A stretch of DNA of 64,000 nucleotides, from positions 32,001-96,000 of the IMG/VR virus record IMGVR_UViG_2617271113_000004; one strand, written 5' to 3'. Below the pieces are notes generated by a model. The model saw only the letters and a list, made by a program, of their open reading frames with translations, did not search any database and was not told the origin of the DNA. How positions within the stretch are numbered: the first letter of the stretch is position 1; each line of letters opens with the position of its first letter. Positions 31,308 to 41,300 of this stretch are shown here, piece after piece. This DNA is from a virus (Duplodnaviria; Caudoviricetes). A program made the position numbers and the translations under genes.

Positions 31308-31641
31308 CTTCCGTTAGTTTGTCTAACACCGTTTTATACTCACCCTGTATAAAGTTTAGCTTTTGATTGTAACTAATCTCTTCTTTTTTCTGATAAAACA
31401 TCTTAAGATTCGGCGCAAAAATAGAAAAGCTTTGGGTTTTTGGATCCATCCTAAAACCTAATCCATAATCAGCAAAAGCTTCTACTCTCCCATCTTCTCT
31501 AGCTAATACTCCTGTCCCACTTGTAGGATTAATTAATCCAATATCTTTTCCTTTTGCTTCTGTGCTTTGAATAAATAAATTATCCACGTTATTTTCAAGT
31601 TCCATATCCATATTTAAAAGTTTTTCTTTCCATGAAGACAT
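31297..31641 (-). CDS. Small baseplate protein, possibly the beta-stranded part of a split spike
   Basis: 114 aa between the spike OB gene and the gp25-like gene; short beta-strand pattern GVLAREDGRVEAFA..GFRMDP..SFSIFA. Confidence 0.4.
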   Translation of the reverse strand: MSSWKEKLLNMDMELENNVDNLFIQSTEAKGKDIGLINPTSGTGVLAREDGRVEAFADYGLGFRMDPKTQSFSIFAPNLKMFYQKKEEISYNQKLNFIQGEYKTVLDKLTEDGE

Positions 31642-31647
31642 GACCTA

Positions 31648-32064
31648 TTAACCCCCCGTCATAAAACTAAATACATTAGCTACCGCAAATTTGAAGGTAT
31701 TTGAAGCAACTTCCCATTGTGTCGGTTCTCGATAGAAACCAGTTATTACAGGTTGTGAGCTATCTCCATCTATAAATTGAACCCAAACCCGATCACCTTT
31801 AACTAAACCATTAGAGATAATTCCCTGCGAGTAAACCATACAAGGAACTCTTTTGAGTACTTGGTCTTTTTTCCCCATATTCACTTTTATATCTGCTGTA
31901 TGTCGTTCTGTATCTTTTACTGGATTAGTTAACCCGTGCTCATCACACGTACATTGTAGTGATTCAGGATGATACCTTAAAACATGACCGATGAGGCCAG
32001 AAGTCTTTCGTTCTAAAGAACGACCGGCCGCATCCTTTGCAATAGTTGTTTTTATTTCACTCAT
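31648..32064 (-). CDS. Baseplate spike N-terminal OB-fold protein (gpV/gp5-like)
   Basis: LVKGDRVWVQFIDGDSSQPVITG matches the gpV/gp5 OB-fold motif. Confidence 0.7.
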   Translation of the reverse strand: MSEIKTTIAKDAAGRSLERKTSGLIGHVLRYHPESLQCTCDEHGLTNPVKDTERHTADIKVNMGKKDQVLKRVPCMVYSQGIISNGLVKGDRVWVQFIDGDSSQPVITGFYREPTQWEVASNTFKFAVANVFSFMTGG

Positions 32065-32076
32065 AGTCAACCCCCT

Positions 32077-35000
32077 CTATGCTTTTTTAGGAAATGATAA
32101 ATGTAGATGGTTATGGTGGTTTCCTGGTTCATAAATGAATTGTATCTTAGGATACTTTTTCTTCATTTGCTGAATGATGAACCAGTCCCCGAAAATGATG
32201 CCATCAAATCCTGCTTTCACACAGCTTTCCACCAATTTAATTGCATTGGTTTTATCTTTACCTGAAGGAAATCCTAATTTACCTCCTGATAATCTTCTCA
32301 TTGTGTTTGGTGTATCAATATCGACTCCATATCCTGTTCCATGCCAGTTGGGATCATTAGCACGGTAAGCACTTGTTACTACAATCTTCTCCCCTGTTTT
32401 AGACTTATAATCTTTGGCAACAGCATTCAGTAAGTCGTAAGTTCCTTTTCTCATAAGACTAGTTCCACCAACAATTGTAATATTAAAGGATCTACCAGTT
32501 TGATTCTTAGACTCAACAAGCTTTGATCTAGCTTGACTTGAACTTAAATGGTATTTGTCTTTACCTTTTGAACCAGTTACATCTGGAGCATCATCAGTAC
32601 CCCCTTTTGGATACTCATAATAACGCATAATGTGTTCAACATACTTCTTATCTCCATATCGGTTCCAACCTAATTCTGCTGCTTTCTTATCAGAGAATTT
32701 ATTTGTTAATTCCTGTGTCCACTTACCGCCATTATTATTAACATAGTCGATGAACCCACCGCCAAAATTATATGATTGTAACGCTAAAGCTACATCCCCA
32801 TTTGCCTTATTCATCATTTGCCCAAAGTATTTTACCCCTTGTTGTAAGCTTCTTTCTAACCCTATAGAATTTCGAGGTAAGCCTAGACTCTCAGAAGCTT
32901 GAAATACATCAGGGTATCGATTATAATTCCCTCCAGTTTCTTGCATACATTTGGCTTTTAGTATTTCTGCGTACTCTGGTTTTCCTTGTTTCTTGGCTTC
33001 TGCCTCTATTTTTGGTCCTAACGTTTTAAAGTGGGAAGATAGATTAACAGCTTTTCCATTTAAAGGGATACTAGAGGAACCATCCCATTGTTCACTATCA
33101 GAATTATCTCTTGTAAATAAATCAAAGAGATTAGAGAGAATGCTATCTGCTTCTTTCAACTTTTGCTCCAAGTGACTATAATCTGGCCTGTTGTTTTCTG
33201 CCCGTCGATTTTCTAAGAACTCCGCTCTCCCACTTATTTCTTCTTTTGCTGCTTCTACATCACGTTTGTAATACTCTTCAATTTTGCCATTGTCTTCATA
33301 GGTGTTAGGTCTATCAAAGATACTTTTTATTAATTCATCTGTTGTAAAAGTTTTCTCTGAAGTTGTAGGAGATGTAGCAAAAGATTGAATTTGACCGGGT
33401 AATTCTCCATTGACTGTTCGATCTTCCACACCTATAAGTCCAAGCAAAAAGTCTGGGATACCGTCAAATACCTTGTTTGCTTCTTTGGGCTCCCCTACTA
33501 CTGATCCTTTGTTTCCATTTATACCAGCAGTAAAATTAACTCCTTCTTTCTTTAACGGAACAATTAGAACAGCTTGTCGGTTCATTAGAAACCTCTCAGT
33601 TAATTCCCCAACTGTGGAAGATATCACACCAACTGCTGCTGTTTCTATAGCAAATGTAATAATCCCCGCTGGCCCTAATAAAGCATGTTTTCCTTTCCAT
33701 AATCCTTTTGCTACACCAGCTAGTTGTTTTCCACCTTTTAGAAGTCCAGAAGTACCTTTTGCCCCCTTCAACATTGCAGAACTAGCTTTTCCTTTGATAT
33801 TAGCCATCTTTCTAGAATCAAAATCTCTCAATAGTTTAGATTGACTAAACAAATTTCCCCCTTTATTGAACACTTTCTCTATATCTTTCTCATTTAAACC
33901 ATCTAATGATTTGGTCAATGAATTGAATAATCCGTTAGCTTTCCAACGTTTTAAGTCAGCTTGAATGTCAGCTTTCGGTAAATTAGATACAGACTTTTTA
34001 ACAGTTTCGGTTGCTTTTCCAGCATTCTTCTTATAATAATCTTCCGCTTTACTTACACCTTTAAAGCTTCTGACCTTTTGTTGCATCTTCCCTGCCCGCT
34101 TGGCTGTACTTGACCATAATGCATTTAGAATAGGTAAAGACCCTGTATATCCTCTACTTGCAAGAATTGCTCTAATATGCATTCTAGCCATTGCATATGC
34201 TCCAATGGTTGTCGCCCGCATGAGTAAATCAAAAATCGATTTATCCGCATTGAAGCAGACTGCATCAGGTTTAATCATACTGATAAAACCTACATCATGG
34301 TTCATAATATGAATGGATTCTTTAACATCTGCAGGACCGCTCATATTTGAATAATAATCTTGTATAATCATTGTGTCGTAAGGTTTTACAGTAGGATCGC
34401 CCATCACCGTGAGATATCCATCGTACATATCTTTTACATAATCTCGTAGACCAGCTGCAGTAATTTTTAATGCAACACCTTCATCGAAGAACCATTTAGC
34501 TGGTTTATTTAACGCATCTCCTATAAAAGGTATCTTGTCTATTGCCCAAACACCTTTAGCATTTAAAGTCGTGTCTATATTTACTGTCTTCTGCTTTTCT
34601 GGCCATATGTCTGTATCTACATAAACAGGAGAAGTTGTGGAAATTTTACCTTCATTCATGTATGTTCCAACTGCTACAGTATACATATTTTCTTCAGTTG
34701 CTTTTATCTGATTGTGAATAATCGAAGTATAGCTGTCGTAAATATGCATCTGTTTAAAGGATTTTTTTAAGGTTCCTTTAATCGATTCACCTTCAAGATC
34801 TATATCATAATCATGACTTATAGGGAAATATGGCTTTCCAAGAAATATTGTATTTCTAAGGCCGAATGGGTGAACTGCAGTAATCATGTCTTGACCAACA
34901 GCTGCTGTAATATTAAGTACATCCCATACTGTTTTATCGAATAAGTTAATGTTTATATTTACTTCATCTGAATCACCCATACCAAGCCCATCTTGAATTT

Positions 35001-38000
35001 TTCTATACCATTTATCTTGCTCAGCATTTAATAATCCTGTTGTTTGATAAACATTCATATTAATTTCTGCTGTTTCCCTGCCTTCCATAACCCCTAGGCT
35101 AAATAAGTCTTGAAAATCTTGAACCCCTTGAGGTAAACCAGTTTCACCAAAATGCATAATTCCTAATGCATGATCTTGATATTCTCTATTGCTCAAAGAT
35201 GCGGATATATTTGACCAGAAACCTTTCGAATCTGTAAGTAACTCATCTACAATTTCAGTAGGTTCTTTTTTAGAACTCAAAAATCCACTTGTATCATCTT
35301 CAGGATCTATATCCATCATTGCATTTAATTTATTCGTTAATTCGATTCCGTCATCTTGAGCAATCATTGTCATAGTTGCACCGTTATTTTGAAGACTTGT
35401 AATGGTTCCGTTCATGATTGTAGGTAAATTTGCAGCGTTTGAACCATACCCCATGCGCATATGAACTCTTACACCAGTTCTTAAATAAATACTTTTATAA
35501 TAATTTGGATCTCTGTGTCTACTGCGTTCCGTTTCCTTAGCAACTGCCCCAGGCATCATAGCTGCCAAGAATAAGTCTCCAAAGCTAGAGTGTGTAATGT
35601 CTTGCGCTTTCTCGTGATCGTCTAATGATCCAAACACGTTGCTTAATTCACACACTAAGGTGCTAGAAGCTTGTTTTCTACTGTTATTGTAGGTAATATC
35701 AGTAACCGCTCTATAATGAAAATACTGATCTGACATTTTAGCAGTACCTATAAACTGACCTTCATCTATAAATGTCATGAAAAATGTTGGGAAAGCACGT
35801 ACTAATCTACCCCTTCGATCATGCTTTAACATATCCGTCATCATACTTGCTTCAGATATTTTACTTCCGTTATCCGCATAGGATTCCTCATCAGATCTAG
35901 ATAACTGATCAATAACTGTTTTATCATAATCATCTACGATTACAGCTTTATAATCTTTAATAGGTAATTTATCATACTTTGATTGAATAGTTTCGTAATC
36001 CCATGATTCCGTGTTATCCAAAGTGTTTATCATGTTATTAATTTGATTTACTAGACGCTTATTTGGAGCTTTATTATTTTTTAACAAAGCAGTTAGTTCC
36101 CGTTTAAAGTCTAGGTAAAGTAACACCGTACAAATAAACTGTACTTTCTCTGCGTCTTCAGCTGATGAAGGAGACAAATCAAATAGATCGTATACACGGT
36201 CAATGTTGTATTCCCCATCGTTCATAATCGCCTCTGATGATCCCCAGTAGTAAGAGAAATAACGCATCCCTAAATCTACGTTGTACTCTATACTGTTGCG
36301 TATGTGTTTCTTTTGATCTGACTCCCCATATTTACCCCTAACTCTCATTACTCCTATATACTTAGGGTTGGATTGATATTTATAATTCAGGTTTTCATCT
36401 TGCATAATAACCTGTCCTTTACTTCCTACTTTGACACCATCTAGTTCTTGATTTAAACCGGCATTATAAAAATGTCTCATATTTGGATCAAACGATTGAA
36501 CAAATGCTGTAGGATACTTTCCCTTTATGCCATACACAGAAGCAGACTTTCTGATCAACGCTTCCATGTTATCCTTGGTTAAATTATCGTTATCAACTTC
36601 TTTAGAAATATCTGCACTTGGTGATATATTAGGCATCTTTTCTTCAGAAAGACTCTTTGTTTCATCCCTCTTTTGAGTAGCAACTTCGTCTAAGGAATAA
36701 CCACTATCATCTAAAGTAGCAGTTCCTCCAGTAGCATCGTATAAATCAATCTGACCTGCGCCTTCTAAAACAGATCTATTTAATATCTGTGCAAAGTCTC
36801 TTTCGGTATCATAGTTTATAAAGAAGTCAGGGTCTACAAAGAGTCCATCATTTGTGTTAATTACACTAAATCCAGCTTGCTGCACTTCATCATATGTGGG
36901 TAATTCTAAATCTGGATATAATTCCGCTGCTTTGAAAGTTTCAAGAACCCATGCATTATAAATTGCTTGATCATTAGCATCATTACTCACCCCTACTGCA
37001 TTTTTAATCTTCTTAAAACCACTAGTAATATTTTTGATAAATGGTGGAATGCCATTCACTAAATCAATATCCCAGTTTAAATCTAATGTCATTGCATTTA
37101 TTTCATGCATTTTCTTTTCTGCTCGATTGTATGCCATTAATGTAAGATTAACATCATATACACCAGGCATCCCATCAACAGTATCTACAGTCATATCATC
37201 AATAACTACATTTGTGACTCCATATAACTTTGCTATTTGATGATTGAATTGCAGAAACCCATTAGCAACTTCTTTATGATATTCACGAGTTAGATACGAT
37301 GTCCGACGAACTAAGTTCTCTAAACTAGCTATAGCTTCCATATCTGTGCACTGGAAGCGTGCAACCATTACAGTATCTTGTGAACCTAAGTATTGATGAG
37401 TTGGGGACTGATGCATCTGTAATTGATTTGATGTAATCGAATTTTCGAAACTAATGCTGAAGTCTTCCAGATGCATGTTACCTAAAGACCATGATTCATA
37501 ATGTAAATCATACTCATACATTGCTTTGCTATATAAATCATCATACGCCTCATTGAACTCTTCTTCCTTAGCATTATCACCAAATTTGACTCCGCCATCT
37601 TTACTTACTTTTACTTTCAGCCAATCATCAAAACTTAAGTCATTCTTATCGCTAGTCCATTCTTTTATAAGTTCTTTCTTTTGTTTATTCCACTCTCGAA
37701 TTGCCTGAAGATCGTCTTCTGCTGCAATTTTAAATATATAATCATTTGTTAATTCATCTGTTAACGGTTCAAAATAAGTTAAAACACGTTCTGCATCTGC
37801 ACCTTCACCTTTAGTCATTGATTTATATAAGGCAGACGCAACAGGGTCTTTAACTGTTGTTTTATTTAAATGCCTTTCATAATACCACCTGAACATTGGC
37901 CAATGAAACATTTCATCAAAACTTCTTTCACTCGTTCCATATATATAAGTAGCAGGTTCAAAAGCATAACATTGTATAATAGCTTGTAATGTATTAGGAA

Positions 38001-38370
38001 AACCTGGTGTTGTTTGAACAGTTACATTTTGAATTGTTATAGCTTCTATTTGATGAGCTTCGTTTAAATACGTGTTCTCAATTGGCAAGAATGGACACTT
38101 CTTACTTTGAGCTAAAATCGGTCTCAATTCAAAATTGATGGAATCTTCATTGGGAAAGAAAAGAGTTAGTGTAATTATTCGATCAAAGTATCCAGACTCC
38201 TTAGGAAGGCTATTTCTACCTCTCATCACAGATACTTTCTGATGTTTCATTTGTCTGTGTACGCTTATACTGGTTGGAGGTGTTAAAAACTGCGTATCTC
38301 CAATTCGCATAAAATGATCACCGAGATGCCCATAACGGACGTCCCGATCATCAAATGCGGTTATTGCCAT
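32077..38370 (-). CDS. Baseplate hub / tail-associated lysin with lysozyme-like and M15-type peptidase domains
   Basis: MQETGG..DVFQASES..QGVKYF..ALQSYNFGGGF..YGDKKYV (CwlT-type lysozyme-like); VTSAYR..HGTGYGVDI..HLHLS (M15 Zn peptidase); hub-like RTGVRVHMRMGYGSN..NGTIT. Confidence 0.8.
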   Translation of the reverse strand: MAITAFDDRDVRYGHLGDHFMRIGDTQFLTPPTSISVHRQMKHQKVSVMRGRNSLPKESGYFDRIITLTLFFPNEDSINFELRPILAQSKKCPFLPIENTYLNEAHQIEAITIQNVTVQTTPGFPNTLQAIIQCYAFEPATYIYGTSERSFDEMFHWPMFRWYYERHLNKTTVKDPVASALYKSMTKGEGADAERVLTYFEPLTDELTNDYIFKIAAEDDLQAIREWNKQKKELIKEWTSDKNDLSFDDWLKVKVSKDGGVKFGDNAKEEEFNEAYDDLYSKAMYEYDLHYESWSLGNMHLEDFSISFENSITSNQLQMHQSPTHQYLGSQDTVMVARFQCTDMEAIASLENLVRRTSYLTREYHKEVANGFLQFNHQIAKLYGVTNVVIDDMTVDTVDGMPGVYDVNLTLMAYNRAEKKMHEINAMTLDLNWDIDLVNGIPPFIKNITSGFKKIKNAVGVSNDANDQAIYNAWVLETFKAAELYPDLELPTYDEVQQAGFSVINTNDGLFVDPDFFINYDTERDFAQILNRSVLEGAGQIDLYDATGGTATLDDSGYSLDEVATQKRDETKSLSEEKMPNISPSADISKEVDNDNLTKDNMEALIRKSASVYGIKGKYPTAFVQSFDPNMRHFYNAGLNQELDGVKVGSKGQVIMQDENLNYKYQSNPKYIGVMRVRGKYGESDQKKHIRNSIEYNVDLGMRYFSYYWGSSEAIMNDGEYNIDRVYDLFDLSPSSAEDAEKVQFICTVLLYLDFKRELTALLKNNKAPNKRLVNQINNMINTLDNTESWDYETIQSKYDKLPIKDYKAVIVDDYDKTVIDQLSRSDEESYADNGSKISEASMMTDMLKHDRRGRLVRAFPTFFMTFIDEGQFIGTAKMSDQYFHYRAVTDITYNNSRKQASSTLVCELSNVFGSLDDHEKAQDITHSSFGDLFLAAMMPGAVAKETERSRHRDPNYYKSIYLRTGVRVHMRMGYGSNAANLPTIMNGTITSLQNNGATMTMIAQDDGIELTNKLNAMMDIDPEDDTSGFLSSKKEPTEIVDELLTDSKGFWSNISASLSNREYQDHALGIMHFGETGLPQGVQDFQDLFSLGVMEGRETAEINMNVYQTTGLLNAEQDKWYRKIQDGLGMGDSDEVNININLFDKTVWDVLNITAAVGQDMITAVHPFGLRNTIFLGKPYFPISHDYDIDLEGESIKGTLKKSFKQMHIYDSYTSIIHNQIKATEENMYTVAVGTYMNEGKISTTSPVYVDTDIWPEKQKTVNIDTTLNAKGVWAIDKIPFIGDALNKPAKWFFDEGVALKITAAGLRDYVKDMYDGYLTVMGDPTVKPYDTMIIQDYYSNMSGPADVKESIHIMNHDVGFISMIKPDAVCFNADKSIFDLLMRATTIGAYAMARMHIRAILASRGYTGSLPILNALWSSTAKRAGKMQQKVRSFKGVSKAEDYYKKNAGKATETVKKSVSNLPKADIQADLKRWKANGLFNSLTKSLDGLNEKDIEKVFNKGGNLFSQSKLLRDFDSRKMANIKGKASSAMLKGAKGTSGLLKGGKQLAGVAKGLWKGKHALLGPAGIITFAIETAAVGVISSTVGELTERFLMNRQAVLIVPLKKEGVNFTAGINGNKGSVVGEPKEANKVFDGIPDFLLGLIGVEDRTVNGELPGQIQSFATSPTTSEKTFTTDELIKSIFDRPNTYEDNGKIEEYYKRDVEAAKEEISGRAEFLENRRAENNRPDYSHLEQKLKEADSILSNLFDLFTRDNSDSEQWDGSSSIPLNGKAVNLSSHFKTLGPKIEAEAKKQGKPEYAEILKAKCMQETGGNYNRYPDVFQASESLGLPRNSIGLERSLQQGVKYFGQMMNKANGDVALALQSYNFGGGFIDYVNNNGGKWTQELTNKFSDKKAAELGWNRYGDKKYVEHIMRYYEYPKGGTDDAPDVTGSKGKDKYHLSSSQARSKLVESKNQTGRSFNITIVGGTSLMRKGTYDLLNAVAKDYKSKTGEKIVVTSAYRANDPNWHGTGYGVDIDTPNTMRRLSGGKLGFPSGKDKTNAIKLVESCVKAGFDGIIFGDWFIIQQMKKKYPKIQFIYEPGNHHNHLHLSFPKKA

Positions 38371-38382
38371 AAACATAACCTC

Positions 38383-41300
38383 CTATATACTTTCTTCTAC
38401 TTTATCTCGGTACCAAATTCTATTAAGTTGGTTTGTATTATCTGAGTAATTTATAGATATACGAGACTGCGATGGGCTCATATTAGAGTTTGTAATACCT
38501 TCATTTACAAGATGGGAAAGCTGATCTTGAGTAACAGAATTTCCTTTTGCTTGAATTTGTATGTCAGCATTTTGCGTCCCTTGAAAGGCATTACTTTCCA
38601 TATTTAATGCTGGCTGTGGTTGATTTATTTCATAATGGCCATCAGTTTCAGTCGGATCATTTATCGGTTCACTGTGTCTAAGAATATTGTATCCTCCTAG
38701 TGCTCCAAGTGCAAGACCTGATCCAATAACTCCCCACCTTAATTTCTTATTTTCACTCATTGCTTCAAAGAATTCTTGAACTTTCCTCCCAATACTTTCA
38801 GATACATTCCCAGTTAGATCGTTAGCATATTCTCCTGTTGCACCCGCTAAAGTCGTAGAACGTGGTTCTCTTCTTTTTGCTTCCATTGATTCGTAAGGAT
38901 TTACTCTTGAATGGACATTCCCTTCCAAATCTATATATTCTTTTGAAGCATCTACGCCTAACATCTGATGGATCATATTTAAATACGTATTCCCCATTGT
39001 ACGCTGCTCATTTGGTGCAGAACCATTAATAATATCTGTAATGTTTTTCAGGCCTATTTCTGGATCTAAACCACTACTAGTTCCAAATTTATATGATTTA
39101 TTATACAATCCATTCTCCATATTGCCTTTAACTTTATCTATTGCAGAGAATGCTTTTTCCATCATTTCTGTATCAAAATCGTCAGCAAAATATCTTTGCT
39201 GGATTTCCCTTGTCTTGGACCAATTGCCTCGATAAATAGAATTAACCAATTCGATGGCAGGTGCCCTTCCTTCTTCTACAGTTAAACCGTGTTTAGATGA
39301 TATCGGTTTTTGCTCTAAATCTTGACCAAAATCCAAGACAGCTCGTTGTTCTGATGATCCATGATCAAGATATTCAAAGGCCATTTGTCGTAAAGTAAGA
39401 TTTAAATTAGAAGCCTGACCAATTACTCGTTTACCGATCTTCGATGCAAGTTCTTCCTGAGTATTAGGTTGAAAAGGAGCAAAGCGATCTTGCCCTTTCA
39501 ATATATAATTAGGATCATAACTCCTAGCTGATCTAGAATCTTTATTTATCTGCTTTTCATAAGCTTTTTGTCTTCTTGCTTCTTGCTCATTGTATCTGGA
39601 TTCCCATTCTTTTTGAACCTCTTTGTCCTTCATAACTACAATATTATCATAGTCACCATCTGAATCAGCTTTCATTAAATCAGACATCCATGAAGTTGTT
39701 CGGAATTCTCCTGATTTAACATCATCACTCATTCTTAATTTTGCTATCTGCATGGCATTGCTGTGGAATGTTGGATAACGTGTGTTCATTACGAATAAGT
39801 CACCATCAATCTCCCCGGAAGCACGTTTAGCCAGATCCTCATAAACACCCATTGCTTTTGCATCGTCGGGAGATATAAATGTAAACTCCCCATCTAAATC
39901 CATCGAAACTTTAGGATCCATCAATTTAAAAAGTCCATTTCCAGAAGTATTCATCCCAGCACGTAATACTTCTTTTCCTGTTTGTCCTTTAGAAGAAGTA
40001 ACATCTTTTGTAGCTTGTCTAAAATAATCATCTACCGATGCTTGAAGGCTATCCATAGCTGTGTTTCTTGCTTCTATACTTCCAGCCCGCTGTACATCGT
40101 CTGCTCGCTTATAAATATCCCCAATCTTCTTCTGTAAATCACGTAAGAAGACTTTTCCATTCGTTTCTTCTCTATTTGTAAAAGGTATAAATATATTATC
40201 AATAGCTACTCGTTCACTTGTATTTCCATTCAAATTCAAGGCTACTTTTCTACTATTCCCATTTGGAGCTTCTACACTTGGCAACTTCAACCAATACCCA
40301 TGTGCATTATCTCCACCTGTTAATGCATGTATATAATCTTTGTCAAACACCGTTTTCTTGTAGGTGTTCATATCAGCATCAATACTAGGTAAAGAACGAA
40401 AGTTTTCAACTTCTAACTCGGGTGCATTGTTAAGTAATTGGTTCTGATTGTCCACCGCCCCAGTTATTGAAGCAATGATATTTTTAGTTTCTTGTAGTCT
40501 AGTTTTATTTGAAGCTTGTGACATCATCGTTTCATACACTTTATTATACGTATTATCTAATTTAAGGTCTTTTAGTACTCCCATTTCACGATGACCCCAA
40601 TTTACTCCACCATGTTCGAAACCAATGTCTGTTCTAGCATATCTTTTTATCACATTGCCATTTTTATCATGCTCTAACCGTAATACTTTTCGGCCCTGCT
40701 CATCTGTCATCGTACTATAATTACTTACTTTACTTGCACGTGCTTCTAATATTGCTGTGTCAAATTCCAATTCCGTTTTATCATTAATTCCTAATGAGTT
40801 GAAGATTCGATTGAAACGTTGAGCAGGTATCGGTTTATTTCCTTCTTGGATAAACATTTGGGTTTCATCGTCCCATTTTAAGTTAACTTTGGAAGCCATT
40901 CGAATAGTTCTATCAAATTGTTTTTGTAGTTCCATTCTTTCCAATGCTCGACTGCTTGCCTTATCATTAGGGTGTGTTTCTGTATTGGCTTTAATAAGCT
41001 CGCTACTTATTTCTTGAGCGTGGTTAGCTAATAACTTAGCTTTACCAGATAGATACATACCAAAGTCTCTGTGTTTTTGTATATTAGCATTTAAAACCAT
41101 ACTTACAGAATCATCTCCAGTAATGGCTGACATCAAGTCCCTGCTAATTGAAACATCAGTTGCTTTTTCACCCTCTACGATATATTTAAATACATCCTCT
41201 TCCCAAGACACACCGATCCTTCCATTCTGCTGTATGACAGTAGCATCGTGTTTACCGTTGTACGTTATGGGTCTTTCATTTCCTTCTACTATTTCAGTTC

